Shown: positions 47,453 through 57,110 of the stretch, in pieces | How positions within the stretch are numbered: position 1 is the stretch's first letter | Layout: the number at the start of each line of letters is the position of its first letter | Assembly (NCBI GenBank): GCA_016213445.1 | Contig: JACRAJ010000001.1 | Coordinates: 78,203 to 142,202, forward strand | Source of the DNA: Candidatus Azambacteria bacterium | GTDB lineage: Bacteria; Patescibacteriota; Minisyncoccia; UBA10092 | Length of the DNA stretch: 64,000 bases | Direction of reading: 5' to 3' | Notes under the pieces: generated by a model | What the model was told of the DNA's origin: nothing | Databases searched by the model: none | The model's input: only the letters and a program-made list of their open reading frames with translations | Position numbers and translations under genes: made by a program

Positions 47453-49077
47453 CGCTTTTTATTTATCGCCGCCCTTACAAACTCCCGAAAAAGCGGGTGG
47501 GGACTTAAAGGGCGCGATTTGAATTCCGGATGAAACTGCGTGCCGACAAAAAAAGGATGTTCCTTTTTGGGCAATTCGGCGATTTCCATCAGCCGGCGGT
47601 CGGGCGAAAAACCGGAAAAAACAATTCCTTTTTCTTCCAATTTTTTCACGTACAGCGGATTAACTTCATAGCGGTGGCGATGCCTTTCGGAAATTAAATG
47701 CTCTTTATACGCGCCGTAAGCGATGGTTCCCTTTTTTAAAACCGCCGGGTAAGCCCCCAAGCGCATCGAACCGCCGTAATTTTTTTCCTCCAACAGCTTT
47801 TTTTGTTCGGGCAAAATATCAATAACCGGATGCTGGACTTCCGGATTTATTTCCGTGGTGTTGGCGTCTTTAAGTCTGAGAACCGAGCGGCCGTATTCAA
47901 TCACCGCAAGCTGCATTCCGTAGCACAGCCCTAAAAAAGGAATTTTTTTCTCTCTCAAATAGCGAATGGCCGCAATTTTGCCTTCCACTCCCCGGCTTCC
48001 AAAGCCGCCGGGGATAACAACGCCGTCATATTCCGATAATTTTTTAAGATTGTCTTGACCGCTGAATTCATCGGCGTTCAGCCAATGAAGCTCCGGCTTT
48101 TTTTTGAAAAAATAAATGGAATGTTTCAGCGCTTCAATAACCGAGATATACGAATCGGCTAAAATAAAATCTCCTGTCCCGAAATATTTGCCGACAATGC
48201 CGATCTTTACCGGATTTTTGGCGCGGCGGGTGATTTCCGCCAATTTTTCCCAATCTTTCAGGTCTTGTTTTTTGGGTTTGAGTTTTAATTTTTTTAAAAT
48301 AACGCCACCCAAATTATCTTTCTCAAAATTAACGGGCACCTCATAAATGCTATTTACATCGGGAGCCGAAATGACGTCTTCTTCCGCCATACTGCAATTG
48401 AAAGCTATTTTGTCTTTGCGTTTTTTATCAAGCGGCATCGGAGCCCTCGCGATAATAATATCGGGCTGAAGACCCGCGGCGTTTAAAGTCCGCGCCGCGT
48501 ATTGGGTCGGCTTGGTTTTTAATTCGCCTTCCGATCCTTGGAGGGGCAAATGGCTCACCAGCGACAAAAGAACATCGTTCGGCTTTTTGATTTTTAATAT
48601 TCTTATCGCCTCCAAAAATAAAATATTCTGATATTCGCCAACCGTGCCGCCGATTTCCACGATTACGACATTGGCCTTGCTTTTAGCCGCGGCTTTGTCG
48701 ATTTTATTTAAAACTTCCAAACAGATATGCGGCACGACTTCAACGCATTTTCCGCCGTAGCCCAAGTTTCTTTCCCTGTTAATCACCGCCTGATACACGC
48801 TGCCGGTGGTCATATAGTTGGCGGAAGACAAGTCGCAATCCAAGAATCTTTCGTAATTGCCCATATCCTGGTCGCACTCCATTCCGTCATTGAGAACAAA
48901 AACTTCGCCGTGCTCCGTCGGATTCATTGTGCCGGCATCAAGGTTTACATAAGGGTCGATTTTAATGGCGGTAACCGAAAAGCCCCTTGATTGGAGAATC
49001 TTGCCGATTGAAGCGGCGGCCACGCCTTTGCCGACGCCGGACATAACGCCGCCAACAATGAAAATATATTTGAGCAT
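47449..49077 (-). CDS. pyrG: CTP synthase
   Basis: GGVMSGVGKG, KIDPY, EIGGTVG, PGGFG, GLCYGMQ, QFHPEF. Confidence 0.98.
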   Translation of the reverse strand: MLKYIFIVGGVMSGVGKGVAAASIGKILQSRGFSVTAIKIDPYVNLDAGTMNPTEHGEVFVLNDGMECDQDMGNYERFLDCDLSSANYMTTGSVYQAVINRERNLGYGGKCVEVVPHICLEVLNKIDKAAAKSKANVVIVEIGGTVGEYQNILFLEAIRILKIKKPNDVLLSLVSHLPLQGSEGELKTKPTQYAARTLNAAGLQPDIIIARAPMPLDKKRKDKIAFNCSMAEEDVISAPDVNSIYEVPVNFEKDNLGGVILKKLKLKPKKQDLKDWEKLAEITRRAKNPVKIGIVGKYFGTGDFILADSYISVIEALKHSIYFFKKKPELHWLNADEFSGQDNLKKLSEYDGVVIPGGFGSRGVEGKIAAIRYLREKKIPFLGLCYGMQLAVIEYGRSVLRLKDANTTEINPEVQHPVIDILPEQKKLLEEKNYGGSMRLGAYPAVLKKGTIAYGAYKEHLISERHRHRYEVNPLYVKKLEEKGIVFSGFSPDRRLMEIAELPKKEHPFFVGTQFHPEFKSRPLSPHPLFREFVRAAINKKR

Positions 49078-49086
49078 ATGTAATGA

Positions 49087-49239
49087 ATTCTAAACCCAAT
49101 ACCATTGCTTTTTCTTGCGCGTTCGCCCCGCCAGCGCGGGGCTCTCTGTCCGTCCTCGCCCCGACGCTCCCGCTACGCGGGAGACCATGCCGTCGGGGCT
49201 GCGGAAGCTGTGAAAAACCAATGGTATTGGGTTTAGAAT
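49087..49239. mobile_element. MITE-like non-coding element with 28-bp terminal inverted repeats
   Basis: ATTCTAAACCCAATACCATTG(c/g)TTTTTC at both ends (27/28); GC-rich nested internal hairpins. Confidence 0.7.
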
Positions 49240-49276
49240 CAGTTTTTAATGTAATTACAAAAAGAATAACTCGATT

Positions 49277-50149
49277 TCAAATCTTTTGGCAACTTGGACA
49301 AAAATGAGCTGACCGGCCGCCGATTTTCAGCCGTTTAATTTTTCCGCCGCACCTCATTGGGCACCGTTCTCCTTCCTTGCGATAAACCAAACGCGCTTCG
49401 GAATAGCACCCCGATTTTCCCGCCGTGTCCCTGTAATCCGAAATCGAGGTGCCGCGCAATTTAATCGCCTTTTTTAAAATTTTCTTTGTAGCCGAAAAAA
49501 TCGCCCGCAATTCTTTATCGCTCAATTTTTCGGCTTTTTTCAACGGATGCATTTTGGCAGCAAATAAAATTTCGTCGGAATAAATATTGCCTATTCCGGA
49601 AACGACGCTCTGGTCCATCAAGACTTTTTTTATCGGCCCGCGTTTTTTCATTATCAAATTTTTAAAATCGCCGAAATTAAATCCGGCGGCCAGCGGATCG
49701 GGGCCGATATTTTTCACGTCCTCAAGATTTTCGAAATCTTTTTTATCAACCGCCAAGATTTTGGCGAATTTTCTCAAATCGGAAAGCGCCAGCATATTAT
49801 TCCCGCCAAAAATGAACATTACGTGAATATAGCCGTTGACTTTTTCCGCGAGCGGCCCTTTTTTAGCCGCGATCCATTTTCCCCGATCCATAATCCATGA
49901 TCCGACAAGCAAATGCCCGGTCATTTTTTGATGGATTAAAATTTCCTTGCCGCCCGACAAATCAAAAATGATATTTTTGCCGATCCGCCGGATTTTTCCT
50001 ATTTTCCTGCCTACTATTGTTTTTTTGAAATTGCCAAATGAACACCGGAAATATTTCGGCCAGTCGGTCCAAACATCGGTTATGGTCAAACCTTTTATTT
50101 TCCTGTTTAAATCATTAACGATTGTTTGCACTTCGGGCAATTCAGGCAT
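49277..50149 (-). CDS. mutM: Formamidopyrimidine-DNA glycosylase
   Basis: MPELPEV, HQKMTG, DLRKF, GIGNIYSDE, C-terminal zinc finger. Confidence 0.96.
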   Translation of the reverse strand: MPELPEVQTIVNDLNRKIKGLTITDVWTDWPKYFRCSFGNFKKTIVGRKIGKIRRIGKNIIFDLSGGKEILIHQKMTGHLLVGSWIMDRGKWIAAKKGPLAEKVNGYIHVMFIFGGNNMLALSDLRKFAKILAVDKKDFENLEDVKNIGPDPLAAGFNFGDFKNLIMKKRGPIKKVLMDQSVVSGIGNIYSDEILFAAKMHPLKKAEKLSDKELRAIFSATKKILKKAIKLRGTSISDYRDTAGKSGCYSEARLVYRKEGERCPMRCGGKIKRLKIGGRSAHFCPSCQKI

Positions 50150-52865
50150 ATTTTTTTCTCCCTTCGGGAGATCCCTTGTAGGGGGACATGTCCGACCAAT
50201 TATCGCCGGCTTTCGCTTCGGTGATAATCGGCACTTTTCCGCCAATGGCGGATCCGCCTTTGGCGGATAATTTTATTACGCCCTGCATTATTTCCATAAT
50301 TTTCGGCGCGAATTTTTCAACCAAGCCTTTTTTAACTTCAAACAATAATTCATCGTGGACCTGCAAGATCATTCTCAAATCGCCGTTATAATTTTCTTTC
50401 CGAATCCAATCGTCAATTTCAATCATCGCTTTTTTCATAATGTCGGCTTCCAGGCCTTGAATGGGCATATTTACCGCCATTCTTTCCGCTTGCGATCGCA
50501 GCATATAATTCGGAGAATTAAGTTCGGGCAAATAACGCCGCCGGCCAAAAAATGTGACGGCAAAACCGTTTTTCCGAGCATCGTCTTTCAGTTTTTGAAT
50601 ATAATCCGCAATGCCGGAAAAATCTTTGAGATATTCCTCCATAAATTGCTCCGCCCTTTCTTTGCTGATTTTGGCGGCTTCGGCAAAACTCTGCGCACCC
50701 ATTCCATATATGATACCGAAATTCAATTCTTTGGCGGCAAAACGCATTTCCGGCGTCACCTTTTCGATAGATACGTTATTAATTTCCGCCGCGGTAAATT
50801 TGTGAATGTCCAAACCGTCTTTAAAGGCCTTGATCATTTTTTTATCGCCGGCCAAAGCGGCAATGATTCTTAAATGAATTTGCGAATAGTCAACCGATAA
50901 AAATTTGAAACCCGATTCAGCCGCAAAAGCCCTTCGTATGTCGCCGCTGAAATCGCCCCGCGCCGGAATATTTTGTAAATTCGGATCCTGGCTTGAAAGG
51001 CGGCCGGTGGCCGTTCCGGTTTGATTAAACGTCGTATGGATGCGGTGAATTTTATCAACCAAATTCGGCAAAGCGTCGGCGTACGTCGATTTCAATTTGG
51101 CAAGTTCGCGATACTTTAAAATATAATCGATTATTTTATGCTCGCCGCGGAGTTTTTCGAGCTCGCCGGCGCTTGTTGAAAGCGCGCCGCCGGGCGTTTT
51201 TTTAATGCGTCCGCCGGAACGCGCGCCGGGAATTTTCAATTTAACGAAAATAATTTCCGCCAATTGCCGCGGCGAATTAATGTTGAATTTTTCGCCGGCC
51301 AAATCGTAAATTTCCTTTTCCAAACCTTCCAATTTATTTTTTAATTCACCGGCGGTTTTTTTAAGGCTTTCACCGTCCAGCCCGATGCCGATTGTTTCCA
51401 TTTTCGCCAAAACAGGAATAAGCGGCATTTCAATTTCTTTAAAAACCCTTTCGGTTTCGGTGGCGGCGAGGCGCGCCAAAAGCGCCGATTCCAATTTTTT
51501 TAAAACATTCGCCTTAAAAGCCAAAGACTCGTCGGGATTTTCGGGCACACTCTCCCCGAACTCTTTCATAATAAGTTTTTCAATACCGTAATCGCGTTCG
51601 CCCGGATTTAAAACATAAGCGGCGATTTCCGCGTCAAATTCCAAACCGTAAAAATCCATATTTTTTTTCCAAAACGCTTTGATCAAGGATTTCAAATCGC
51701 AGCCGATTTTTTTAATTTTTTTGCCGGAAATAATTTCGGCAACGCTTGAAAAATCGTTTTCCAAAAGATAAATACTCTTCCCGTCGTTTACCCCGTTAGA
51801 AACTTTGCTTCTAACGGGGTTTATCGCCAGCGCCTTAAGATTGCCATTTTCGATTTGATGCGCCAAATAAATCTCCTTGGCCGTTTTTAATTCTCCAATC
51901 AATTTTTCCAAACTCAAATCCCGCGGAACTTTTTTATATTCTATTCTTTCGGCAATTTTTAAAGGCATTGCCAAAACGCCCTGCTCGCCGGCGGATTTTA
52001 ATCTTTCTATCAAACTCATAAACCCCAATTCCCTGAAAACTTCGAAAATTTTTTCTTTGTCGAATTTTCCGAACGCGCTTTTTTCCAAAGAAAAATCAAT
52101 CGGAACGTTCGTATCCAAAATCGCCAGCTTTTTTGAAAAAAAAGCCGCTTCTTTTCCGGCTTTTAATTTTTCCAAAACGGATTTGCCGATGCCGCCAACT
52201 CGCCCGCTTTCCACGGCCTCATAAAGTTTTTCAATCGTCTTGTATCGATTTAACAAGTTGATGGCCGTTTTTTCGCCGATGCCTTTAACGCCGGGAATAT
52301 TGTCGGAAGGATCGCCTTTGAGCCCTTTAAAATCCGGCATTTGTTCGGGCGAGAGCCCTTCGAATCGCTCTCCGACTTTTTTTGCGTCATAAATAACCGG
52401 ATCGCTTAAGCCCCGCTTCGGCGTGTAAACTTTAATATTATCGCAGACAAGCTGAAGCGTATCCATATCGCCGGTAAGAATAAAAACTTCGATGTCTTTT
52501 CCGGAGAGTTTCCGGCTGACGGTTCCGATAATATCATCGGCCTCGTAACCAGACTTTTCATAAACCGGAATTTCAAAAGCCGCAAGAATTTCTTTAACTC
52601 TCGGAATTTGAATATACAAATCGGGCGGCGCTTCCGGTCGCGTGGCTTTGTATTTTCCGTATTCTTTGTGGCGAAATGTCGGCTCGGGCAAGTCAAAGGC
52701 GGCGGCAATATAATCGGGCTTAAATTCGCCAATAGTCTTTATTAAAATGGAAGAAAATCCGAAAACCGCGTTCACCGATTCGCCGCTTTTGGAGCTAAGC
52801 GGCGGTAAAGCGTGGTAAGCGCGATGAATCAGGGCGTAGGCGTCAATTAAAATAAATTTTTTCAT
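50142..52865 (-). CDS. polA: DNA polymerase I
   Basis: YEADD, GDPSDNIPG, TGRLSS, DYSQI, NFGIIYG, QVHDE. Confidence 0.97.
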   Translation of the reverse strand: MKKFILIDAYALIHRAYHALPPLSSKSGESVNAVFGFSSILIKTIGEFKPDYIAAAFDLPEPTFRHKEYGKYKATRPEAPPDLYIQIPRVKEILAAFEIPVYEKSGYEADDIIGTVSRKLSGKDIEVFILTGDMDTLQLVCDNIKVYTPKRGLSDPVIYDAKKVGERFEGLSPEQMPDFKGLKGDPSDNIPGVKGIGEKTAINLLNRYKTIEKLYEAVESGRVGGIGKSVLEKLKAGKEAAFFSKKLAILDTNVPIDFSLEKSAFGKFDKEKIFEVFRELGFMSLIERLKSAGEQGVLAMPLKIAERIEYKKVPRDLSLEKLIGELKTAKEIYLAHQIENGNLKALAINPVRSKVSNGVNDGKSIYLLENDFSSVAEIISGKKIKKIGCDLKSLIKAFWKKNMDFYGLEFDAEIAAYVLNPGERDYGIEKLIMKEFGESVPENPDESLAFKANVLKKLESALLARLAATETERVFKEIEMPLIPVLAKMETIGIGLDGESLKKTAGELKNKLEGLEKEIYDLAGEKFNINSPRQLAEIIFVKLKIPGARSGGRIKKTPGGALSTSAGELEKLRGEHKIIDYILKYRELAKLKSTYADALPNLVDKIHRIHTTFNQTGTATGRLSSQDPNLQNIPARGDFSGDIRRAFAAESGFKFLSVDYSQIHLRIIAALAGDKKMIKAFKDGLDIHKFTAAEINNVSIEKVTPEMRFAAKELNFGIIYGMGAQSFAEAAKISKERAEQFMEEYLKDFSGIADYIQKLKDDARKNGFAVTFFGRRRYLPELNSPNYMLRSQAERMAVNMPIQGLEADIMKKAMIEIDDWIRKENYNGDLRMILQVHDELLFEVKKGLVEKFAPKIMEIMQGVIKLSAKGGSAIGGKVPIITEAKAGDNWSDMSPYKGSPEGRKKYA
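50157..50186. repeat. 30-bp double-hairpin element at the polA 3' end
   Basis: TCTCCC TTC GGGAGA TCCCTT GTA GGGGGA; encodes SPYKGSPEGR. Confidence 0.8.
50238..50267. repeat. 30-bp double-hairpin element (SAKGG family) in polA
   Basis: TCCGCCAATGGCGGATCCGCCTTTGGCGGA; 29/30 to the ruvB copy; encodes SAKGGSAIGG. Confidence 0.92.
51790..51820. repeat. 31-bp perfect hairpin element in polA
   Basis: ACCCCGTTAGAA-ACTTTGC-TTCTAACGGGGT; encodes NPVRSKVSNGV. Confidence 0.85.
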
Positions 52866-53026
52866 TGGTAAAATTGCGTCAAAATTTTCGCGAAACAATT
52901 GTATTACTTATTTCCTTCCTTATTTTAAATCCCTTACTCGGCCGATTGTATTATCCGGTTTTATTATATCAAAATTAAAAGACACATGGAATTTCCATGT
53001 GTCTCGGTTTTCTCACCTCCTCGGTT

Positions 53027-53395
53027 TTAATATTCAAAGGTAAAAGAAATAAGATTTAAGAAACTGCCTGACGAGAACGCAGATGGCCGTGGGCAAGGCT
53101 GGCGCTGAACCAATCGACGAACACGATTGCTGATAGCTGATATGGTAGCATGGCTATTTTTGCTTTCAAGTTTGATAATGAAAACCAATCCGCTTTTTCT
53201 TTTAATGAGGGCTCTTTCGTGGGCAAGACGGGGAAAGTATCGCCTTTGTTCAAGCGGATTGTTTCTTAGGAGTTCTCTGGCAACCAATGACGGGTTTCGA
53301 CCTATGGCTATGGCAATGTTTCTGATTGAGGTTTTTTGCCACAGTAGTTCCTGCATTCTTTCTCTTTCCTCAATCGTTAAATAATTGTATTTCAT
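53027..53395 (-). pseudogene. IS30-family transposase N-terminal remnant
   Basis: LTIEER..SIRNIAIAIGRNPSLVARELLRN HTH; no DDE domain. Confidence 0.75.
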
Positions 53396-53441
53396 ACACT
53401 TCTATATTTAACAGAAGTGTTGCGCTTACTCGTTGAACTTA

Positions 53442-53912
53442 CTAATTTGGCTTACATAAGCTAAAAATGCTAATCTTCCTTTTATTTCCTCCTAAGTTTT
53501 CGAATTTTATTTTCAAAACATCTTTCGGTAAAATATTTTCCACTTTATCGGCCCATTCGACGGCAATGATGTTTTCCGGATTTTTAATCAAGTCTTCGAA
53601 TCCCAATTCCAAAAGCTCTTCGGGATTTTTCAGCCGATAGGCGTCGATGTGATAAAAATTTTTGTATTTTTTCAATGACAGGCGAAAATCTTTTTGAATG
53701 ACAAATGTCGGGCTTGAAACATCTTCCTTTATTTTAAGCCCCCGGGCCAAACCCTGAATGAAAGCGGTTTTCCCCGCGCCCAAATCGCCGCTTAAAGCAA
53801 GAATCGACGCCCGAATCGGACTGCTCGGATTTTTTTCCAAAATGGAAGCCAAAACAAAACCCGTTTTTTGGGTTTCTTCCGGCGAATTGGAATAAACTTC
53901 AACGGCTTTCAT
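53442..53912 (-). CDS. tsaE: tRNA t6A biosynthesis ATPase TsaE
   Basis: GDLGAGKT, SSPTF, HIDAYRL, VEW. Confidence 0.95.
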   Translation of the reverse strand: MKAVEVYSNSPEETQKTGFVLASILEKNPSSPIRASILALSGDLGAGKTAFIQGLARGLKIKEDVSSPTFVIQKDFRLSLKKYKNFYHIDAYRLKNPEELLELGFEDLIKNPENIIAVEWADKVENILPKDVLKIKFENLGGNKRKISIFSLCKPN

Positions 53913-53936
53913 GGTGTTTGAATCGTAGCACAAAAC

Positions 53937-53945
53937 TTATCCACA
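53937..53945 (+). promoter_or_regulatory. DnaA box
   Basis: Perfect TTATCCACA in a divergent intergenic region. Confidence 0.5.
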
Positions 53946-53994
53946 GAAAAATTTGACGTTGGGTTTTCTTTATTCAATCATACAAACAACATAT

Positions 53995-55659
53995 ATGGTT
54001 TTTAAGGGGGAACAAAAAGAAGAGGAGTTTTTGGCCAAAGTCCGGCGCGAAGAAGAAGAAAATCGGGCAAAAATTTTGGCGGAAAAAACGGGCCTGCCGT
54101 ATCTCAACTTGGCTTTTATTCCGATTGAAAGCGACGCTTTAAAATTGATACCGAAAGAAACGGCCGAAAAATCCAAAATCGCCGCAATAAACCGCGAAGC
54201 CAAAATCCTCCACCTTGCCGCCGTAAACCCGGATGACAAAGAAACGCAATCCGCGATCGGCGAGCTGGAAAAATCGGGATATGCCGTAAAAATATTTGTC
54301 GTTTCGGAAAGCGGTTTGAAAAAAGCGCTTTCTTTTTATCCGCCGGCCGCCGAAACCAAAGAAATAACAGGGCAAGTTGAAATTTCAAACACAACGCTGT
54401 CAGAATTAAAAAAAGAAATAGCCGACATTAAAACTTTGCAAAAAGTTTTGGAGAATTTGTTCGAAGCCAAAGCGTCGCAAATAGTCGAGGCGGCGCTGGC
54501 CGGCGCCTTAATTCTTAAAGCTTCCGACATTCATTTTGAGCCCGAGGAGGGCAAAACCCGTATTCGCCTGCGCCTCGACGGCCTTTTGGAAGACATAACT
54601 TTCATACCTGAACCGGCTTATTTTCTGTTGCTCAACAGGATAAAACTTCTTTCGGGGTTAAAATTGAATATTCATGAAAAAGCCCAAGACGGCCGGTTCA
54701 GCATTTCTAGCGATAACAATGAAATAGAAATAAGGACTTCCGTTTTGCCGGGCGCGTACGGCGAAAATATCGTGATGAGGGTTTTAAATCCGAGCGCGAT
54801 AAAAATCGGCCTTGAAAATTTGGGAATAAGGGAAGACGATTTGGAAATCATCAACCAGGAACTTAAAAAGCCGACCGGAATGATACTCACCACCGGGCCG
54901 ACCGGTTCGGGAAAAACCACCACGCTCTACGCTTTCATTAAAAAAATTCTTGCTCCGGACATTAAAATTATTACCATTGAAGATCCGATTGAATACCATA
55001 TCGAAGGCGTGTCCCAAACTCAAGTGGAACCGGATAAGGGCTATACTTTCGAAAACGGGCTAAGATCGATAGTGCGCCAAGACCCCGATGTCATTTTGGT
55101 CGGGGAAATCCGCGACTACGAAACGGCGGAAATCGCCATGCACGCCGCCTTGACCGGCCACTTGGTTTTTTCAACGCTTCACACCAACGACTCCATCGGC
55201 GCCATTCCGCGATTGATTGATTTGGGCGTCAAGCCGCCGGTTATCGCGCCGGCCATTAATCTTTTAATGGCCCAACGGCTTTTGCGCCGGGTTTGCCCGA
55301 AATGCGCCAAAAAAAGGCCTATAACCGCCGAAGAACTGGAAAATTTTAAAAAAATACTGAAAGATTTGCCGCCGAGAGTGAAATTGGAAAAAGAATTAAA
55401 TGAAAAAATTCAAATATTGGAACCCCGAGGCTGTAAAGAATGCCACAACGGCTATTCCGGCCGAGTTGCCGTAATGGAACTTTTAAAAATCGACGACGAA
55501 ATGGAAGATTTGATTTTAAAATCGCCGACCGAAATCCAAATTAAAACCGCCGCCGTAAAATCGGGATTTGTCAGCATGGCGCAAGACGCGACCATTAAAA
55601 TAATAACCGGAATCACCACCATTGAAGAATCGGAAAGAGTTTTGGGTTCTTTTCTTTAA
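53995..55659 (+). CDS. Second PilB/GspE family ATPase
   Basis: ASDIHFEP, QDGRF, GPTGSGKT, RQDPD, CPKC/CKEC. Confidence 0.92.
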   Translation: MVFKGEQKEEEFLAKVRREEEENRAKILAEKTGLPYLNLAFIPIESDALKLIPKETAEKSKIAAINREAKILHLAAVNPDDKETQSAIGELEKSGYAVKIFVVSESGLKKALSFYPPAAETKEITGQVEISNTTLSELKKEIADIKTLQKVLENLFEAKASQIVEAALAGALILKASDIHFEPEEGKTRIRLRLDGLLEDITFIPEPAYFLLLNRIKLLSGLKLNIHEKAQDGRFSISSDNNEIEIRTSVLPGAYGENIVMRVLNPSAIKIGLENLGIREDDLEIINQELKKPTGMILTTGPTGSGKTTTLYAFIKKILAPDIKIITIEDPIEYHIEGVSQTQVEPDKGYTFENGLRSIVRQDPDVILVGEIRDYETAEIAMHAALTGHLVFSTLHTNDSIGAIPRLIDLGVKPPVIAPAINLLMAQRLLRRVCPKCAKKRPITAEELENFKKILKDLPPRVKLEKELNEKIQILEPRGCKECHNGYSGRVAVMELLKIDDEMEDLILKSPTEIQIKTAAVKSGFVSMAQDATIKIITGITTIEESERVLGSFL

Positions 55660-55813
55660 AAACAATATAAATAATTTTACGAAGCTTATGAAAGCGTTTT
55701 GGCATGGTCTTCGCATAGCGGAGCAAAACGCTTTTATCGGACAGCGAGAATTGCCGCTGGGCAATCGAGCGCGCGAGGAAAATTATTTATATTGGTTTTA
55801 AAGAGTAGACAGG

Positions 55814-55976
55814 GTTCTTAATAATCTCGAGGCAATAATCCTTCAAGCCAGCTTGAAGGGATAGGGCCGATTTGTGAAATGGCCCAGTCGGAACCAAGCC
55901 ACCCAAGCAAAGAAAGTCCCCGAAAAGGCCGAGTAGTGAAATATTTGACCTTTATTGCCTCGAGGTTGTTAAGAAC
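55814..55976 (+). ncRNA. Putative structured RNA or MITE with 25-bp closing stem
   Basis: GTTCTTAATAATCTCGAGGCAATAA / TTATTGCCTCGAGGTTGTTAAGAAC (both deviations are U:G on +); internal CCTTCAAGC/GCTTGAAGG hairpin. Confidence 0.5.
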
Positions 55977-56039
55977 GACGCTTTGCCAAGCGTCTCCGCG
56001 ATTATACTAAAAAATTATAGATTTGTCAATCCAAATAAA

Positions 56040-57080
56040 ATGGAAGATTTAAACTCAAAATTATCCGCCAAAGGCGGATCCGCCTTTGGCGGAAAGCCCG
56101 AAGACCGAACTCTCGACCAAGCTTTAAGGCCGCACATTTGGGATGAATATATCGGCCAGGAAAAAACCAAAACCAACCTCAAAATTCTTCTGGAAGCCGC
56201 CAAAAAACGCTCGGAACCGATCGATCACCTGCTTTTATACGGCCCGGCCGGCTTAGGCAAGACCACCTTGGCGTATATTATGGCGCGGGAAATGAACGCC
56301 AACATGAAAATCACCTCCGGCCCGGCAATAGAAAAAGTGGGCGATCTGGCTTCTATTCTAACAAATCTCAACAGCGGCGACGTGCTTTTTATCGATGAAG
56401 CCCATCGGTTGAATAAAACCGTTGAAGAAATCCTTTATCCGGCGATGGAAAACCGAATGCTTCATATTATCATAGGAAAAGGGCCGTCGGCCAGAACCTT
56501 GCAGCTTGATTTGCCGCCGTTTTCCTTAATCGCGGCAACCACCCGCGTCGGTTTATTGTCGAACCCCCTCCGCTCCCGATTCGGCGCCACTTTCCGGTTG
56601 GATTTTTACAGCATGGAAGACATAGAAAATATCTTAAAAAGATCGGCCGGGCTTATGGATTTGCAAACCGAACCGGAGGCGCTGAAAGAAATAGCCGCCT
56701 CATCGAGGTTTACCCCCCGCGTCGCCAACCGCCTGTTAAAGCGAGTGCGCGACTATGCCGAGGTTGAAGGCGATGGAATTATAAATAAAGAAATCGCCGA
56801 AAAAGCCTTGGCGCTTTTGGAAGTCGATCATTTGGGGCTGGAATCAACCGACCGCCGATTAATTGAGGTTATTATTAAAAAATTCAACGGCGGGCCGGTG
56901 GGCCTTCAGGCTTTGGCCGCCGCCGCTTCCGAAGAATTGGACACTATCGAAGACATAAACGAACCGTATCTTCTTCAAATCGGTTTTCTGCGGCGCACGC
57001 CCCGCGGCCGCATCGCCACCAAATTCGCCTATGAACATCTTGGCTTCAAGCCGCCCGCCGAAAATCAGAGCTTGCTTTAA
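56040..57080 (+). CDS. ruvB: Holliday junction helicase RuvB
   Basis: [38 protein letters not shown]. Confidence 0.97.
   Translation: MEDLNSKLSAKGGSAFGGKPEDRTLDQALRPHIWDEYIGQEKTKTNLKILLEAAKKRSEPIDHLLLYGPAGLGKTTLAYIMAREMNANMKITSGPAIEKVGDLASILTNLNSGDVLFIDEAHRLNKTVEEILYPAMENRMLHIIIGKGPSARTLQLDLPPFSLIAATTRVGLLSNPLRSRFGATFRLDFYSMEDIENILKRSAGLMDLQTEPEALKEIAASSRFTPRVANRLLKRVRDYAEVEGDGIINKEIAEKALALLEVDHLGLESTDRRLIEVIIKKFNGGPVGLQALAAAASEELDTIEDINEPYLLQIGFLRRTPRGRIATKFAYEHLGFKPPAENQSLL
56064..56093. repeat. Perfect 30-bp palindrome (SAKGG family type copy) in ruvB
   Basis: TCCGCCAAAGGCGGATCCGCCTTTGGCGGA is its own reverse complement; encodes [10 protein letters not shown] on both strands. Confidence 0.95.
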
Positions 57081-57110
57081 TTTTTGAGATTTTAACTTTT
57101 AATTTGAAAC

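Noticed and set aside
49083..49307. 74-aa ORF on the + strand
   Set aside because: It merely spans the inverted-repeat element, is antisense to the surrounding operon and has no recognisable motif.
52980..53004. Palindrome AGACACATGGAA-T-TTCCATGTGTCT as a repeat-family member
   Set aside because: Single copy beside the IS30 remnant; more simply a terminator or operator, and its function cannot be supported.
55905..55925. GAAAGTCC resembling the RNase P RNA P4 motif
   Set aside because: The GAGGAAAGTCC context and the matching 3' conserved element are not evident, and the structured unit looks too short.
45601..57080. Long N-terminal extensions of RuvA, MutM, PolA and RuvB in the ORF track
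   Set aside because: Canonical starts lie downstream (MISYLEG, MPELPEV, MKKFILID, MEDL); the RuvA and MutM extensions also overlap neighbouring genes.
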